IMG/VR virus record: IMGVR_UViG_3300025138_000035
Location: 622 to 64,621 of that record
Source: a virus
Length of the DNA: 64,000 nucleotides
Reading direction: 5' to 3' (one strand)
Shown: positions 29,601 through 39,203 of the stretch, in pieces
Numbering within the stretch: position 1 is the first letter of the stretch
Layout of the letters: each line of letters starts with the position of its first letter
Notes under the pieces: generated by a model
Seen by the model: only the letters and a program-made list of their open reading frames with translations
Database searches by the model: none
Told to the model about the DNA's origin: nothing
Position numbers and translations under genes: made by a program

Positions 29601-32600
29601 AATAGAATATGGTACCGATTACGATACCGCAACAAATAACCTAACCTCAATACAGACAACATCTCTATTGAATACCCCTTATTTAACTAATGCGTTATTA
29701 AAGGGAGTGTCAGGTGAAACCAACGGAGTAATAAATCCATATGTAGGTTTAGGATATATTTATCTTAATTCATTACCGTTACCTACACTCAGTGAAAAAT
29801 ATTTAACAAGAAATACTAGCGACGCTGGAGTTAACACGACTAAGTGGGGGGATAATATTTATGCGGGTCTAAGTAAATTTGCCGCAATACATAAAATACC
29901 ATATCTTTGGTTATTAAAGTATGGTTCAATATGGCACAGATACAAAGAAGATAAAATAGGTAATGGAGATATTCTTGACGGAATATGGAAGGATTTTGAT
30001 TATGTCAATGCGTATGACCCAATCACTAATGATATAAATAAAGTTTATGATGTACAAAACTATACGGGTGGGAGTACAACCTATGTTCCTCAAAAAACTG
30101 AAATTGTTCCATTTACTATACCCAACATATTAAATCCAACGTTACCAGGGGTTTCCGTTAACTTTAACTATCAATTCACTAAAAACGGATTTTATCCTAA
30201 AGTGGTAAATGATACTTACAAATTCTTTACGGGTAAATCGCCTTTAATAGGGTATACCAATACTGAAATGAATGACTTATTTAATAATGGTCAATTTAAA
30301 TTAGGTAAATCACAAAGTAATTTTTTACCTGCGGGATATGACCAAGATAATGTACTTAATACTTTAAGTTATGACAGTTACTACCAATATTTTGATATTG
30401 AAGGTAACAATAGTTTTGATTTTAATTTATCTACTTTTGAATTGTTATCCGCGATTGGAACGTCAGGAAATACAGGAAACACAGTTAATAATTCTAAGAT
30501 GTTAATAATACCATCTTCAGGTTATTTAAAATTTACACAAGCCCAAAGAGAGTGTCTAAACTCAGAAGGTCACTTAACTCAAAATATAGACATTAATAAC
30601 AAGTCTATTCAAAATGGTAATGTTAGGTCATTATGGTCTTCATCCCATTATGGTTATTATAATAATCAATGGGTAAGAAAACCTAAAACAACTCAATATA
30701 TTAAAGTTATTGATACGGGAGATACTCAACAAGAGGCCTTTAATATCATTAATAAGGATAATGACAGAGCATATAAATCTATTGAGGAAATTTTCGCAAT
30801 ATTTTCTAAAGAAATGTTAGATGAGTTTGAAAAACACTTTTTAAATTTTTGTAAAAAAGATAAAGATTATGAAGATATTGTGTTTAACCCATCGACACCA
30901 AATGATGATGAGTATTTAGGGTCATTTAATATTGAATACAATTATAACATTGAAAAAGTTATGGCAAGTTTACTTATTGTCGATAAACCTGAACTAACAG
31001 ATAATTCAATAAATGACGCTAAAACTATTTCAGACAAACAAATGGAACAATTTGTTAATTTAAATAAAACACAAATACTTGAAAGGGATATAATATTAAA
31101 AATAGGTAATCCAGGTAGGTTTAGTAGACGAGTATTTGATTCATTCTCATCTAACGAAAGTCTTATACCTATAGACCCTATCGATTTTAGTTATTATAGA
31201 GAAGGGTCGGTTCCTACAGCAACAAACGCCACCACATTAGTAGGTAGTCAAGGGTCGTCACCTGAGGCTTGGGATGAGTTATACTTACGTGTCGGTTATT
31301 ATGATGATTTTGATTTAATGTATAGTGATAACGGTTCGTTTATAACCGATTTTTTCCCAACTATGGATATTCAATTTACTAAAGAAAATGTTCGAGATTT
31401 ATCACAAATTATTAAAGTTTTTATGACTCAAAAAATGAATAATAATGATTTAACTAAAAGTGATTTTCAACAGACGTTTGATTCATTTATGTCTGGTCAG
31501 GTCACATTTCAAAACGACATGTTAAATCAAATATTTAGGACGTTAAATAAAACACTACCCAACGTAAAAGTAAACAATACTCAAGTTAGGATTTCTAAGT
31601 TAGATGATAAGGGTGGTACTATGAAAACATCATTGTGGGAAACATTTAAAAATTTTAATGATAGGTGGATATCGGGACAAGACGTTAAAAATAAAACATT
31701 GTTCGAACAGTTTTTATTTTTAGACAAAGCAAATAGACCTATTGGAAATAAAGTTATTATTAATATTAATCAATTAAGGGGGTTCTTGAAAAGTAATAGC
31801 GCACAAACAAGTGTCTTAGATTTAATCGGTACAATTTTAGAAAAAAATAATTTTATTTTTATGCCGACACCATCGTACGCTAATTTTTATGGTAGAAATG
31901 AGAGAGTTAAAGAAGGGATGCCAAATCCGGCTTTTAGTGATGTTGCAAATAATACTTTTGGTACTTTTTTAGAAGTTGATACTCACACGTCTGAACCTAA
32001 ATTATTGGCAATTTATGTTGGTAAACCATCAGAAAAATTAAACACCTCACCTGAAAATGATAATTATTTATATGGTGACGACTCTTTTGATTTATCAATA
32101 CCTTCACAAAGTGGAGTTAGGGCGTCCGAAGACGGAGTAACTAATTTTTCAGATAGAAATAAAGTTGTAGCATTTAATGTAGATTTTGGAAGACAAAACC
32201 AAAGTATATTTAAATCAATTAACATTGATATGTCTCAAAGAAAAAATATCGAACCAACATTCCAAGTACTTGCGGATATGGGGGCGCAAGCCGATGGTCA
32301 AAAAGTAGCTCAACAGTCGGTAAGTTTATATAATTTTTATAAAGCGGCTAGTTATAATTGTAGTGTGACATCTATGGGTAATGTTATGATTCAACCTACA
32401 ATGTACTTTAATCTAAGGTACGTACCTATGTTTTACGGTCCTTATTTAATAACAAGTGTGACTCATGATATAACAACAAGCGATTTTCAAACTAGTTTTG
32501 AGGGTGTACGTATGTCAAAATACTCATTAAAAATGCCGGATGGTCTAATATCGAGTGTGAATCGAGAAATTGTACAAAATTATTTATCAGAAGTTAGAAG

Positions 32601-33303
32601 GATTCCTTCTCTTGCTGGTTCAACCGCTGATACAGTTACCCGTTCAACAAATATAAAAAATAGTTCAAACAAGAGTGGTGCAAAAACACAAATCACTGAT
32701 AATCAAAAATGTGTTGCAGTACAAAAAATTAATAAACCTTATGTTGATATTATACGAAAAAGTATTACTCAGACTAAATTTAAAACTTTAATTGACGGAA
32801 GTAGTAATCTTAACGATAATGTAAAACGATTTATTTTTGGTGTTGGTTATGTTGAAAATGGTAAAGGAACCAATGTGTTAAGTATAAATAATAATCATTT
32901 CAACTTAAAAAACCTTAAAGAAAATGCCAGATGGACAATTAATTTTGAAGAGCAAGTCTGTGTTAATGATAGTGATTATGCGGTACCTTATCTCTCATTT
33001 AAATCACCAGGGGATTCAATTAACTTTATGAATCAAGTATGTTCACAGTATGAACAAATAATTGAGGCGTTTTTAGTTAATACAACAATAAATGGTAATT
33101 TACCTAAAACATTTGCGTACTTATGGTATTATACCTTTAGATTTACTACTATGGATAAAGAATTAACTGCTGGTAGTAATATTGATGATTCAATTATTGC
33201 TTCAGTTAATCACGATTTAAACACAAATACAGAATCAAAACAACTTTTTGATACTGCCGAGAAGGTTTTTAAATCTAAAATAAACACTTGGAATACGAAC
33301 TAA
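26647..33303 (+). CDS. Giant (2218 aa) baseplate hub protein (gp27/GpD-like) with C-terminal GH73-like domain
   Basis: CSVTSMGNVMIQPTMYFNL...GPYLITSVTHDI...FQTSFEGVR hub signature; follows the LysM protein. Confidence 0.6.
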   Translation: MADNKFFGNDKVYVQTEYDNVVVIDPNKVVNSDGTVEERNVKQENLITYANLEARVIPRTKLAIGSNYGDSVKNVGVAQLKVNFMEGNPQNQKEPNVNLGGKESEDPKYFDSSWTDQFLPGQNNMGENDIFSSGRGVDTQLLGITRINIKMNPAFVPTVTIEMTDVQGRVLFERGDKSPYSIFMNLPYPIFILTVKGYYGKAIKLELMLKDFNAQFDPSDGSYRITTSYVARSHAFLKDTLLDYLYTTPHMYPKSYELENVKGIPVGGTVAIDKIETTKGMEKIKEVYSLYKAKGLISEDFPEITLNQMRMRLEYFNRYVMEAYSKEDMSVLNDVVRYESAITKYRRSFYPAVGENFFSQYIDEGDIYVLNNTKASVLYGLKKELNEQGRRAAISKLMVGIDEGNKSLTDNPTFYNPGNYVIDGLTRPSKISVNIKANDLIREDINPETIDYKATYIVRNRGTEPTDKDLAEFESKIKTEFEVSSKTFKVGDDGELQEANKKVLITFGSVFKDANFENGSFLAKLGKIETTFKSKREAIEVQLSEALAKKVISSDVGLGFNPTMNNVLAVICANSEAFYRLMDETHTRAWDVRDNPVRLTAIMPPEKSFGVDVAKQSLKTVKVEGKADTLQNSQIVYPWPQYFIEETEEGKDAKYTLTYPGDPSVINTIQGWDYNLWPEIQFTEEYITSSLEKDKPNININYGNETQVSKYIGINSVEFPFNEIPYTNEEMVSFFYEMYERTYLGANYSKVVRNNNFRKTLYTVLADFESTNIKEGVDNIPELMKLLKKFQFNASTFNQYLLSISNNGEGSYFARKSRDIYTQNYIKGYVDIDFGIYSQESMNTNSVEIISSTESVKDLETYITGTSSNATTLMDVYPFNNLKWLKENISNGNDISNIDRANSTTDVMNFNILKKTIATFDDQSSEDMRYKNNFITYFQYEKNYPSNPNQNISNNSDSTQYQTNAQAKDYYLNRENKDFYLTESPIEYGTDYDTATNNLTSIQTTSLLNTPYLTNALLKGVSGETNGVINPYVGLGYIYLNSLPLPTLSEKYLTRNTSDAGVNTTKWGDNIYAGLSKFAAIHKIPYLWLLKYGSIWHRYKEDKIGNGDILDGIWKDFDYVNAYDPITNDINKVYDVQNYTGGSTTYVPQKTEIVPFTIPNILNPTLPGVSVNFNYQFTKNGFYPKVVNDTYKFFTGKSPLIGYTNTEMNDLFNNGQFKLGKSQSNFLPAGYDQDNVLNTLSYDSYYQYFDIEGNNSFDFNLSTFELLSAIGTSGNTGNTVNNSKMLIIPSSGYLKFTQAQRECLNSEGHLTQNIDINNKSIQNGNVRSLWSSSHYGYYNNQWVRKPKTTQYIKVIDTGDTQQEAFNIINKDNDRAYKSIEEIFAIFSKEMLDEFEKHFLNFCKKDKDYEDIVFNPSTPNDDEYLGSFNIEYNYNIEKVMASLLIVDKPELTDNSINDAKTISDKQMEQFVNLNKTQILERDIILKIGNPGRFSRRVFDSFSSNESLIPIDPIDFSYYREGSVPTATNATTLVGSQGSSPEAWDELYLRVGYYDDFDLMYSDNGSFITDFFPTMDIQFTKENVRDLSQIIKVFMTQKMNNNDLTKSDFQQTFDSFMSGQVTFQNDMLNQIFRTLNKTLPNVKVNNTQVRISKLDDKGGTMKTSLWETFKNFNDRWISGQDVKNKTLFEQFLFLDKANRPIGNKVIININQLRGFLKSNSAQTSVLDLIGTILEKNNFIFMPTPSYANFYGRNERVKEGMPNPAFSDVANNTFGTFLEVDTHTSEPKLLAIYVGKPSEKLNTSPENDNYLYGDDSFDLSIPSQSGVRASEDGVTNFSDRNKVVAFNVDFGRQNQSIFKSINIDMSQRKNIEPTFQVLADMGAQADGQKVAQQSVSLYNFYKAASYNCSVTSMGNVMIQPTMYFNLRYVPMFYGPYLITSVTHDITTSDFQTSFEGVRMSKYSLKMPDGLISSVNREIVQNYLSEVRRIPSLAGSTADTVTRSTNIKNSSNKSGAKTQITDNQKCVAVQKINKPYVDIIRKSITQTKFKTLIDGSSNLNDNVKRFIFGVGYVENGKGTNVLSINNNHFNLKNLKENARWTINFEEQVCVNDSDYAVPYLSFKSPGDSINFMNQVCSQYEQIIEAFLVNTTINGNLPKTFAYLWYYTFRFTTMDKELTAGSNIDDSIIASVNHDLNTNTESKQLFDTAEKVFKSKINTWNTN

Positions 33304-33347
33304 TTTAAGAAAAAGAGCATTTATCGTATATTTATAAATAAAACATT

Positions 33348-33572
33348 ATGGATACTAAAGCATTATTAGACCAGTTTTTGTCAAAAGACACTAGAATAAC
33401 TGAAAAAAATACGGGTAATGGTTACAAAGAAGTTTGTGATTTAGACACTGGAGATTGTTATACCGTAAGAATGAGAGATGGCCTTATAGAAAGAGTTGAT
33501 AATTCTATGAAACTAAATAGGACTTTAAGAGTTGAAACACCTCATGGGGTAAAAACACTTTTGAACGGTTAA
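33348..33572 (+). CDS. Hypothetical protein
   Basis: ORF track; palindromic TATTTATAAATA at 33329-33340 upstream. Confidence 0.7.
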   Translation: MDTKALLDQFLSKDTRITEKNTGNGYKEVCDLDTGDCYTVRMRDGLIERVDNSMKLNRTLRVETPHGVKTLLNG

Positions 33573-33585
33573 AAAAAAATACAAA

Positions 33586-34197
33586 ATGTCTATAGATAAG
33601 AAAATATTAGAAGAAATAAGTAAATATAATAATATTAACAAATATATTACTGAGCAAGAAACTGACTTACCTGAGCCGATTGAAGGTGGTGACCTTGATT
33701 TAGAAAGTCCTGAACTTGAGATTGATGATGTACAACCTGTTGATGTTGATTCCGACCCCGATGTTGAAGTTGTGGACGAACCTTCATCTGATTCAGATGT
33801 TGAAGAGAGTGGAACAGAAGAATTAGATATAACTGATTTAGTTACTACTCAAAAAGATATGTCAACTAAACAAGAGGAATATATGGATAGTATGATGGAT
33901 AGGTTAAATGACCTTACTTCTAAATTATCTGATATGGATAAAATATTAGTTAAAATTAATAGTTTAGAAGATAAAGTTGAAAAATATCGTCAAAAATCAC
34001 CTGAAGAAAAGTTACAACTAAGAAGTTTAGATAGTTACCCATATAATCAAAAGTTAACCGATTTCTTTATGGACAAAGGTCCTGATATGGAAAAGACAGG
34101 TAAAAATGAATATGTGCTAACGTCTGATGAAGTAGAAAGTTATTCAGATAGAGATATTAAAGATTCGTTTGATGCACCTTTAGAACAAGAATATTAA
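33586..34197 (+). CDS. Acidic coiled-coil protein, possible scaffold/head-internal protein
   Basis: D/E-rich N-half, heptad-like MDRLNDLTSKLSDMDKIL; leader KKILEEI...YITEQE. Confidence 0.6.
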   Translation: MSIDKKILEEISKYNNINKYITEQETDLPEPIEGGDLDLESPELEIDDVQPVDVDSDPDVEVVDEPSSDSDVEESGTEELDITDLVTTQKDMSTKQEEYMDSMMDRLNDLTSKLSDMDKILVKINSLEDKVEKYRQKSPEEKLQLRSLDSYPYNQKLTDFFMDKGPDMEKTGKNEYVLTSDEVESYSDRDIKDSFDAPLEQEY

Positions 34198-34236
34198 TAC
34201 CCCTTACATATTATATAAAGTTTATAAATAAAAATT

Positions 34237-34263
34237 AAAGACCATTCTAAATGGTCTTTTTTT
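34237..34263 (+). terminator. Intrinsic terminator
   Basis: aaagaccat-tctaa-atggtcttt followed by a T-run. Confidence 0.8.
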
Positions 34264-34265
34264 AT

Positions 34266-34295
34266 TTGACTTCATGACTTTCTTTGTTATATTAT
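34266..34295 (+). promoter_or_regulatory. Sigma70-type promoter for the replication operon
   Basis: TTGACT at 34266-34271 with TATATT/TATTAT 16-18 nt downstream, directly after the terminator. Confidence 0.55.
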
Positions 34296-34343
34296 TACTT
34301 GAGTAAACGATAAATAAATAATAACAGAGAAAAAAGAAAAATT

Positions 34344-35204
34344 ATGGCAAATGCATTAGACGCGGTATTAGCTCAGTATGAGCAGAATACCTCAAAATCA
34401 AACACAGGAAGACAATCTATCTCTCAAGAAGATAGGTTAAAACGTTATTTTACGACTTATTTACCAAAAGGTACAAGTTCGGGACAGAAAAGAGTACGTA
34501 TACTACCAACACCTGATGGTTCATCACCTTTTAAGGAAGTGTGGTATCATGAGGTACAGATTGACGGTAAATGGACTAAACTTTATGACCCAGGTAAAAA
34601 TGACGGAGAACGTTCACCTCTTACTGAGGTTTACGAAGAACTAATCTCAACAGGTAAAGAATCTGATAAAGATTTAGCGAGACAATATCGTCCACGTAAA
34701 TTTTACATTGTAAAACTTATCGACAGAGATAATGAGGACCACGGACCTAAATTTTGGAGATTTAAAGATAACTACAAACAAGAAGGTATCTTAGATAAAA
34801 TCATTCCGATTTGGAAAGCAAAAGGTGATGTAACCGATGCTAATGAGGGACGTGACTTGATGGTTGAACTATCAAAGGCGAAAACACCTAAAGGTATTGA
34901 GTACACTGTAGTACAAACGGTTATGTATGATGACCCGTGTGCTATTCATACAGACGAGTCTCAAATGAAAGAGTGGATGACAAATGAGTTAACATGGCAA
35001 GATGTTTACGCACAGAAACCTGTAGAATATTTAGAGGCGATTGCGAGAGGTGAAACACCTGTATGGAGTACTGACTTAAAAAAGTATGTATATGGTGACG
35101 ACTCTTCTGAAGTAGTATTAGGTGGTTCAAATGAATCAACTAAAACTGAAGGGACTACTGACCCACAATCAAAAATGGGTGTGGACACAGACTTACCATT
35201 TTAA
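34344..35204 (+). CDS. ssb: Single-stranded DNA-binding protein (gp32-like)
   Basis: RVRILP, aromatic-rich OB-like core, acidic C-terminal tail ending DTDLPF; first gene of the replication block. Confidence 0.75.
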   Translation: MANALDAVLAQYEQNTSKSNTGRQSISQEDRLKRYFTTYLPKGTSSGQKRVRILPTPDGSSPFKEVWYHEVQIDGKWTKLYDPGKNDGERSPLTEVYEELISTGKESDKDLARQYRPRKFYIVKLIDRDNEDHGPKFWRFKDNYKQEGILDKIIPIWKAKGDVTDANEGRDLMVELSKAKTPKGIEYTVVQTVMYDDPCAIHTDESQMKEWMTNELTWQDVYAQKPVEYLEAIARGETPVWSTDLKKYVYGDDSSEVVLGGSNESTKTEGTTDPQSKMGVDTDLPF

Positions 35205-35220
35205 TAACAACTAACATGAT

Positions 35221-35250
35221 GATGGTGACGACAGTTATGTTGTCACCATC
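35221..35250 (+). other. 13-bp RNA hairpin between ssb and recA
   Basis: gatggtgacgaca-gtta-tgttgtcaccatc (one G.U); only a short T-run follows. Confidence 0.6.
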
Positions 35251-35269
35251 TTTATCAATTTAAAAAAAT

Positions 35270-36274
35270 ATGGCAATAAAGAAAAAAGATTTTAGTAGTA
35301 TAAAGAAGAAATTTTCTACATCCGCAAAATACAAACCACAAAGGTTTTTTGATTTGGGTGAGGATTTCTTAGATGCCGTTGGATTACCTGGACCGGCAAT
35401 AGGTCATTTAAATATGTTTTTAGGACATTCAGATACAGGTAAAACAACTGCATTAGTAAAGGCGGCAGTAGATGCCCAAAAAAAAGGTGTATTACCTGTA
35501 TTCATTATTACAGAACAAAAATGGTCTTTTGAACACGCAAAACTTATGGGTTTCGAGTGTGATGAAGTGGTTGATGAAGAAACAGGTGAATTAGATTGGG
35601 ATGGGTTCTTTATATTTAATAATAATTTTAATTATATAGAGCAAATAACTGACTATATTAATGAATTATTAGATGCACAAAATAAGGGTGAGTTAGAGTA
35701 TGACTTACTTTTCTTATGGGACTCTGTAGGTTCAGTACCATGTAAAATGACATTTGATGGTAAAGGAGGTAAACAACATAATGCTTCGACATTGGCGGAT
35801 AAGATAGGAATGGGTATAAACCAAAGAATATCGGGTTCACGTAAAGCTGACTCAAAGTATGAGAATACTTTATTAATTGTTAATCAACCGTGGGTTGCGT
35901 TACCTGACTCACCATTTGGTCAACCTAAAATTAAAGCTAAGGGAGGTGAATCAATATGGTTAAATTCATCTTTAGTGTTTCTATTTGGTAATCAGAAAAA
36001 CGCAGGAACAACAACTATAGCGGCAGTTAAGAACAAAAGAAAAGTAAAGTTCGCGTCCAGAACAAAAATATCAGTAATGAAAAATCACATTAATGGATTA
36101 GGATATGCTGATGGAAAAATAATTGTAACACCTCACGGATTCATAGCGGGCAAAGAGAGTACTGAGGAAAAAAAATCAATTGAAAAATACAAAAGTGAGC
36201 AATCTGAGTATTGGAAAAAAGTTATCGGAGTTGAAGGTGACTTTAAGTTAGAGGAAGAAAAACAAGAAGTGTAA
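35270..36274 (+). CDS. recA: RecA/UvsX-like recombinase
   Basis: Walker A GHSDTGKTT, FIITEQK, FLWDSVG, IVNQ, KGGE. Confidence 0.88.
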   Translation: MAIKKKDFSSIKKKFSTSAKYKPQRFFDLGEDFLDAVGLPGPAIGHLNMFLGHSDTGKTTALVKAAVDAQKKGVLPVFIITEQKWSFEHAKLMGFECDEVVDEETGELDWDGFFIFNNNFNYIEQITDYINELLDAQNKGELEYDLLFLWDSVGSVPCKMTFDGKGGKQHNASTLADKIGMGINQRISGSRKADSKYENTLLIVNQPWVALPDSPFGQPKIKAKGGESIWLNSSLVFLFGNQKNAGTTTIAAVKNKRKVKFASRTKISVMKNHINGLGYADGKIIVTPHGFIAGKESTEEKKSIEKYKSEQSEYWKKVIGVEGDFKLEEEKQEV

Positions 36275-36292
36275 CAATTTAACACAAATAAA

Positions 36293-37309
36293 GTGGTTAA
36301 AACATTATTAATTGACGGAAATAATTTATTTAAAATAGGTTTTCATGGAGTTAGAGATTTCTACCATGAGGGTAAACATATTGGAGGTATCTACCATTTT
36401 GTCAACACAATTAAAAAGTTTCTTAATGAACACAACCATGATAAGGTAATTGTGTTTTGGGATGGGGAAAACAACTCGTACCAAAGAAAACTTATTTCAC
36501 CAGATTATAAGGGTAATCGTAAGCAAACATTAAACGATGCAAAAAAAGAATCGTTTGAGTGGCAAGTACAACAAGTTAAAGCATATCTTGAAGAAATGTT
36601 TATCAGACAAGTTTCTGTTAAAAACACTGAAAGTGATGATTTAATCGCATATTATTGTCACATATCTGAGAATGAGTATAAGACTATCTATTCTTCAGAT
36701 AAGGACCTCACACAACTTATCTCTGATAAAGTAGAAGTGTACCAACCCATGAAGAAGATAACTCTTAAAAATGGAGATTTGGTACCTTTAAAGGAAATAT
36801 CTATCCCGCATGCAAACATATCAACATTTAAAATTATATCTGGCGATAAATCAGATAATATTGATGGTATTCGATACATGGGTGAAAAAACATTTGTTAA
36901 GTTATTTCCTGAAATAGTTGATAGTGTCATAACTATTGATGATATTTTAAAACGTGCGGAGGAACTACATAAAAATGATAAAGACAATCGAGCTTTACAA
37001 AATTTACTCTCAGGTAAAACTAAAAGAGGAATTTATGGTGAAGAATTTTTTATAATTAATAAAAAACTCGTAGATTTGTCTCAACCATTAATTACTGAGG
37101 ACTCAAAAGAAATTATAAAACAGTACCATACAGAAAATTTAGACCCTGATGGTAGAGGTTATAAAAATTTAATGAGGATGATGATGAAAGATGGAATTTT
37201 TAAGTATCTACCAAAACATGACAACGCGTGGGTTGAATTTTTAACCCCCTTTATGAAATTAACAAGAAAAGAAAAAAGAAGATTTAAAACTAAAAAACGT
37301 TTAATATGA
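36293..37309 (+). CDS. 5'-3' exonuclease/flap endonuclease (T4 RNase H-like)
   Basis: LLIDGNN, ESDDLIA, SSDKDLTQL, GDKSDNIDGI; GTG start. Confidence 0.9.
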   Translation: MVKTLLIDGNNLFKIGFHGVRDFYHEGKHIGGIYHFVNTIKKFLNEHNHDKVIVFWDGENNSYQRKLISPDYKGNRKQTLNDAKKESFEWQVQQVKAYLEEMFIRQVSVKNTESDDLIAYYCHISENEYKTIYSSDKDLTQLISDKVEVYQPMKKITLKNGDLVPLKEISIPHANISTFKIISGDKSDNIDGIRYMGEKTFVKLFPEIVDSVITIDDILKRAEELHKNDKDNRALQNLLSGKTKRGIYGEEFFIINKKLVDLSQPLITEDSKEIIKQYHTENLDPDGRGYKNLMRMMMKDGIFKYLPKHDNAWVEFLTPFMKLTRKEKRRFKTKKRLI

Positions 37310-37770
37310 AAGAAAAAATAGAAACAACCAAATTAGAGTTCTTAATGACTCTAAACAACAACTTTGTTGTACAAAGGTATTTTAATGTCAGGGGTTATAA
37401 TCCTAAGGCGAGGGGAAGTGTTGAACTTTATGATGTAATCAAGGGATTCTCTGAAATAATTCAAGAGGACTTGAAGGTTAAATCATCTGACTACCTTACG
37501 GAAAACATGGGTCAAATTATAAACAACCCCGAACTTTTAGAAACTTCAAATACTGAAGGCGATGAGAATTTTAACCTATACCTTAAGATAGGAGATGAGA
37601 CAATTTGTCATAGAATTTGGGACGCTAAATTATACCCACCAAAGACTAGATACACTGTGGATGTACGCCCACACCTAAAAAAGTTACTTCGTAACTTAAC
37701 TGACACTTTCTCAAGTGAAAATTTAACTTACAAGTACTTGGGGCATTCACTAGTTTACCCATATTTATAA
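37306..37770 (+). CDS. Hypothetical protein in the replication block
   Basis: ORF track; ATGA overlap with the upstream gene. Confidence 0.75.
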   Translation: MKEKIETTKLEFLMTLNNNFVVQRYFNVRGYNPKARGSVELYDVIKGFSEIIQEDLKVKSSDYLTENMGQIINNPELLETSNTEGDENFNLYLKIGDETICHRIWDAKLYPPKTRYTVDVRPHLKKLLRNLTDTFSSENLTYKYLGHSLVYPYL

Positions 37771-37801
37771 TTTACAAACACAGATTAAAACTCAATAAAA
37801 T

Positions 37802-39181
37802 ATGTCAAAAGAAAAGAATTTTGGTTACCTCGGTAATACATTTCAACTACAAATACTTAACAATATTATCCTTTATAAGGATTTTGCAAGTTCTATTGTT
37901 GATGTGTTGGAACCTAAGTACTTTGACAATCAATATTTTAAGTTAATTATGCAGATGACCAAGGAGTATTATCACAAATATGAACACGCTCCTTCATTCT
38001 CAACACTTGAACAAATTACTAAATCTGAGGTTACATCACCTATGGCTCAAAAAATGGTCTTAGACATGATAACTCAGGTAGTTGATGCCCCTGAAGATGG
38101 GTATCAGTATGTTCAAGAAAAGGCTTTAAAGTTCTGTAAACAACAAGAGTTACAGAAAGTAATGTCAAAAGCTCAAAAAATTATCGACAAAGGTGATTTT
38201 GAATCTTATGACCATTTAGAAGAAATGGTTAGAGAGGCGTTACAAGTTGGGGAAGTAGATACGGGAACTGCGGATGTATTTTTTAATTTAGACGAGGTAT
38301 TAGATGATGACTTCAGACATCCAATTCCTATCGGTATAACAGGTATTGATAATCTACTAAAAGGTGGATTAGCAAAAGGTGAAATTGGTGTTATTTTAGC
38401 ACCGACAGGTGTAGGTAAAACTACAGTTCTTAGTAAAATTGCAAATAATGCGTTTAACTTAGGTTATAACGTATTACAAATATTTTTTGAGGATAACCCT
38501 AAAATTATACAAAGAAAACATTTCACTATGTGGACAAAAATCGCACCTGATAATTTGTCAGTACAAAGAGAAGAGGTTTTAGAAAAAGTTAGACAAATTA
38601 AAGAAAATGCACCTAACAGACTTATACTAAAAAAATTACCTTCAGATACATTAACGATGAATCAGATAAAGAATCAAATACGTAAAATGGTTGCTGAAGG
38701 AATTAAAATAGATTTAGTTGTAGTTGATTATATTGACTGTATCGTTCCTGATAAAAATTTAGGGGACGAATGGAAAAGTGAAGGTTCAGTTATGAGAGGG
38801 TTTGAATCTATGTGTCATGAATTAGATATTGCTGGTTGGACGGCTACCCAAGGGAATCGTTCCTCAATATCTTCTGAAGTTGTAACCACAGACCAAATGG
38901 GTGGTTCAATTAAAAAGGCCCAAGTAGGTCACGTTATTATTTCTATCGCTAAATCCCTACAGCAGAAAGAAATGAATTTAGCAACAATAGCTATTACCAA
39001 ATCAAGAATTGGTAAAGATGGTATTGTATTTGAAAATTGCAAATTCGATAACGAAATGATAGAAATTGATACGGATAGTAGTGTAACCTTCTTAGGTATG
39101 GAAGAACAAAAAGAAGAGAAAAACAAAGTACGTATTCAAGAACTACTACAAAAGAGAAAACAAAGGGAAAGTAAAATATAA
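37802..39181 (+). CDS. dnaB: Replicative DnaB-like (gp41-type) helicase
   Basis: APTGVGKT, VVVDYIDC, TATQGNR, ITKSRIG. Confidence 0.92.
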   Translation: MSKEKNFGYLGNTFQLQILNNIILYKDFASSIVDVLEPKYFDNQYFKLIMQMTKEYYHKYEHAPSFSTLEQITKSEVTSPMAQKMVLDMITQVVDAPEDGYQYVQEKALKFCKQQELQKVMSKAQKIIDKGDFESYDHLEEMVREALQVGEVDTGTADVFFNLDEVLDDDFRHPIPIGITGIDNLLKGGLAKGEIGVILAPTGVGKTTVLSKIANNAFNLGYNVLQIFFEDNPKIIQRKHFTMWTKIAPDNLSVQREEVLEKVRQIKENAPNRLILKKLPSDTLTMNQIKNQIRKMVAEGIKIDLVVVDYIDCIVPDKNLGDEWKSEGSVMRGFESMCHELDIAGWTATQGNRSSISSEVVTTDQMGGSIKKAQVGHVIISIAKSLQQKEMNLATIAITKSRIGKDGIVFENCKFDNEMIEIDTDSSVTFLGMEEQKEEKNKVRIQELLQKRKQRESKI

Positions 39182-39203
39182 AATTTTTTAAAAACAATAG
39201 TAT

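Noticed and set aside
34223-34230. Minus-strand TATTTATA as an antisense late promoter
   Set aside because: No gene follows on that strand, and a single AT-only 8-mer in an AT-rich spacer can arise by chance
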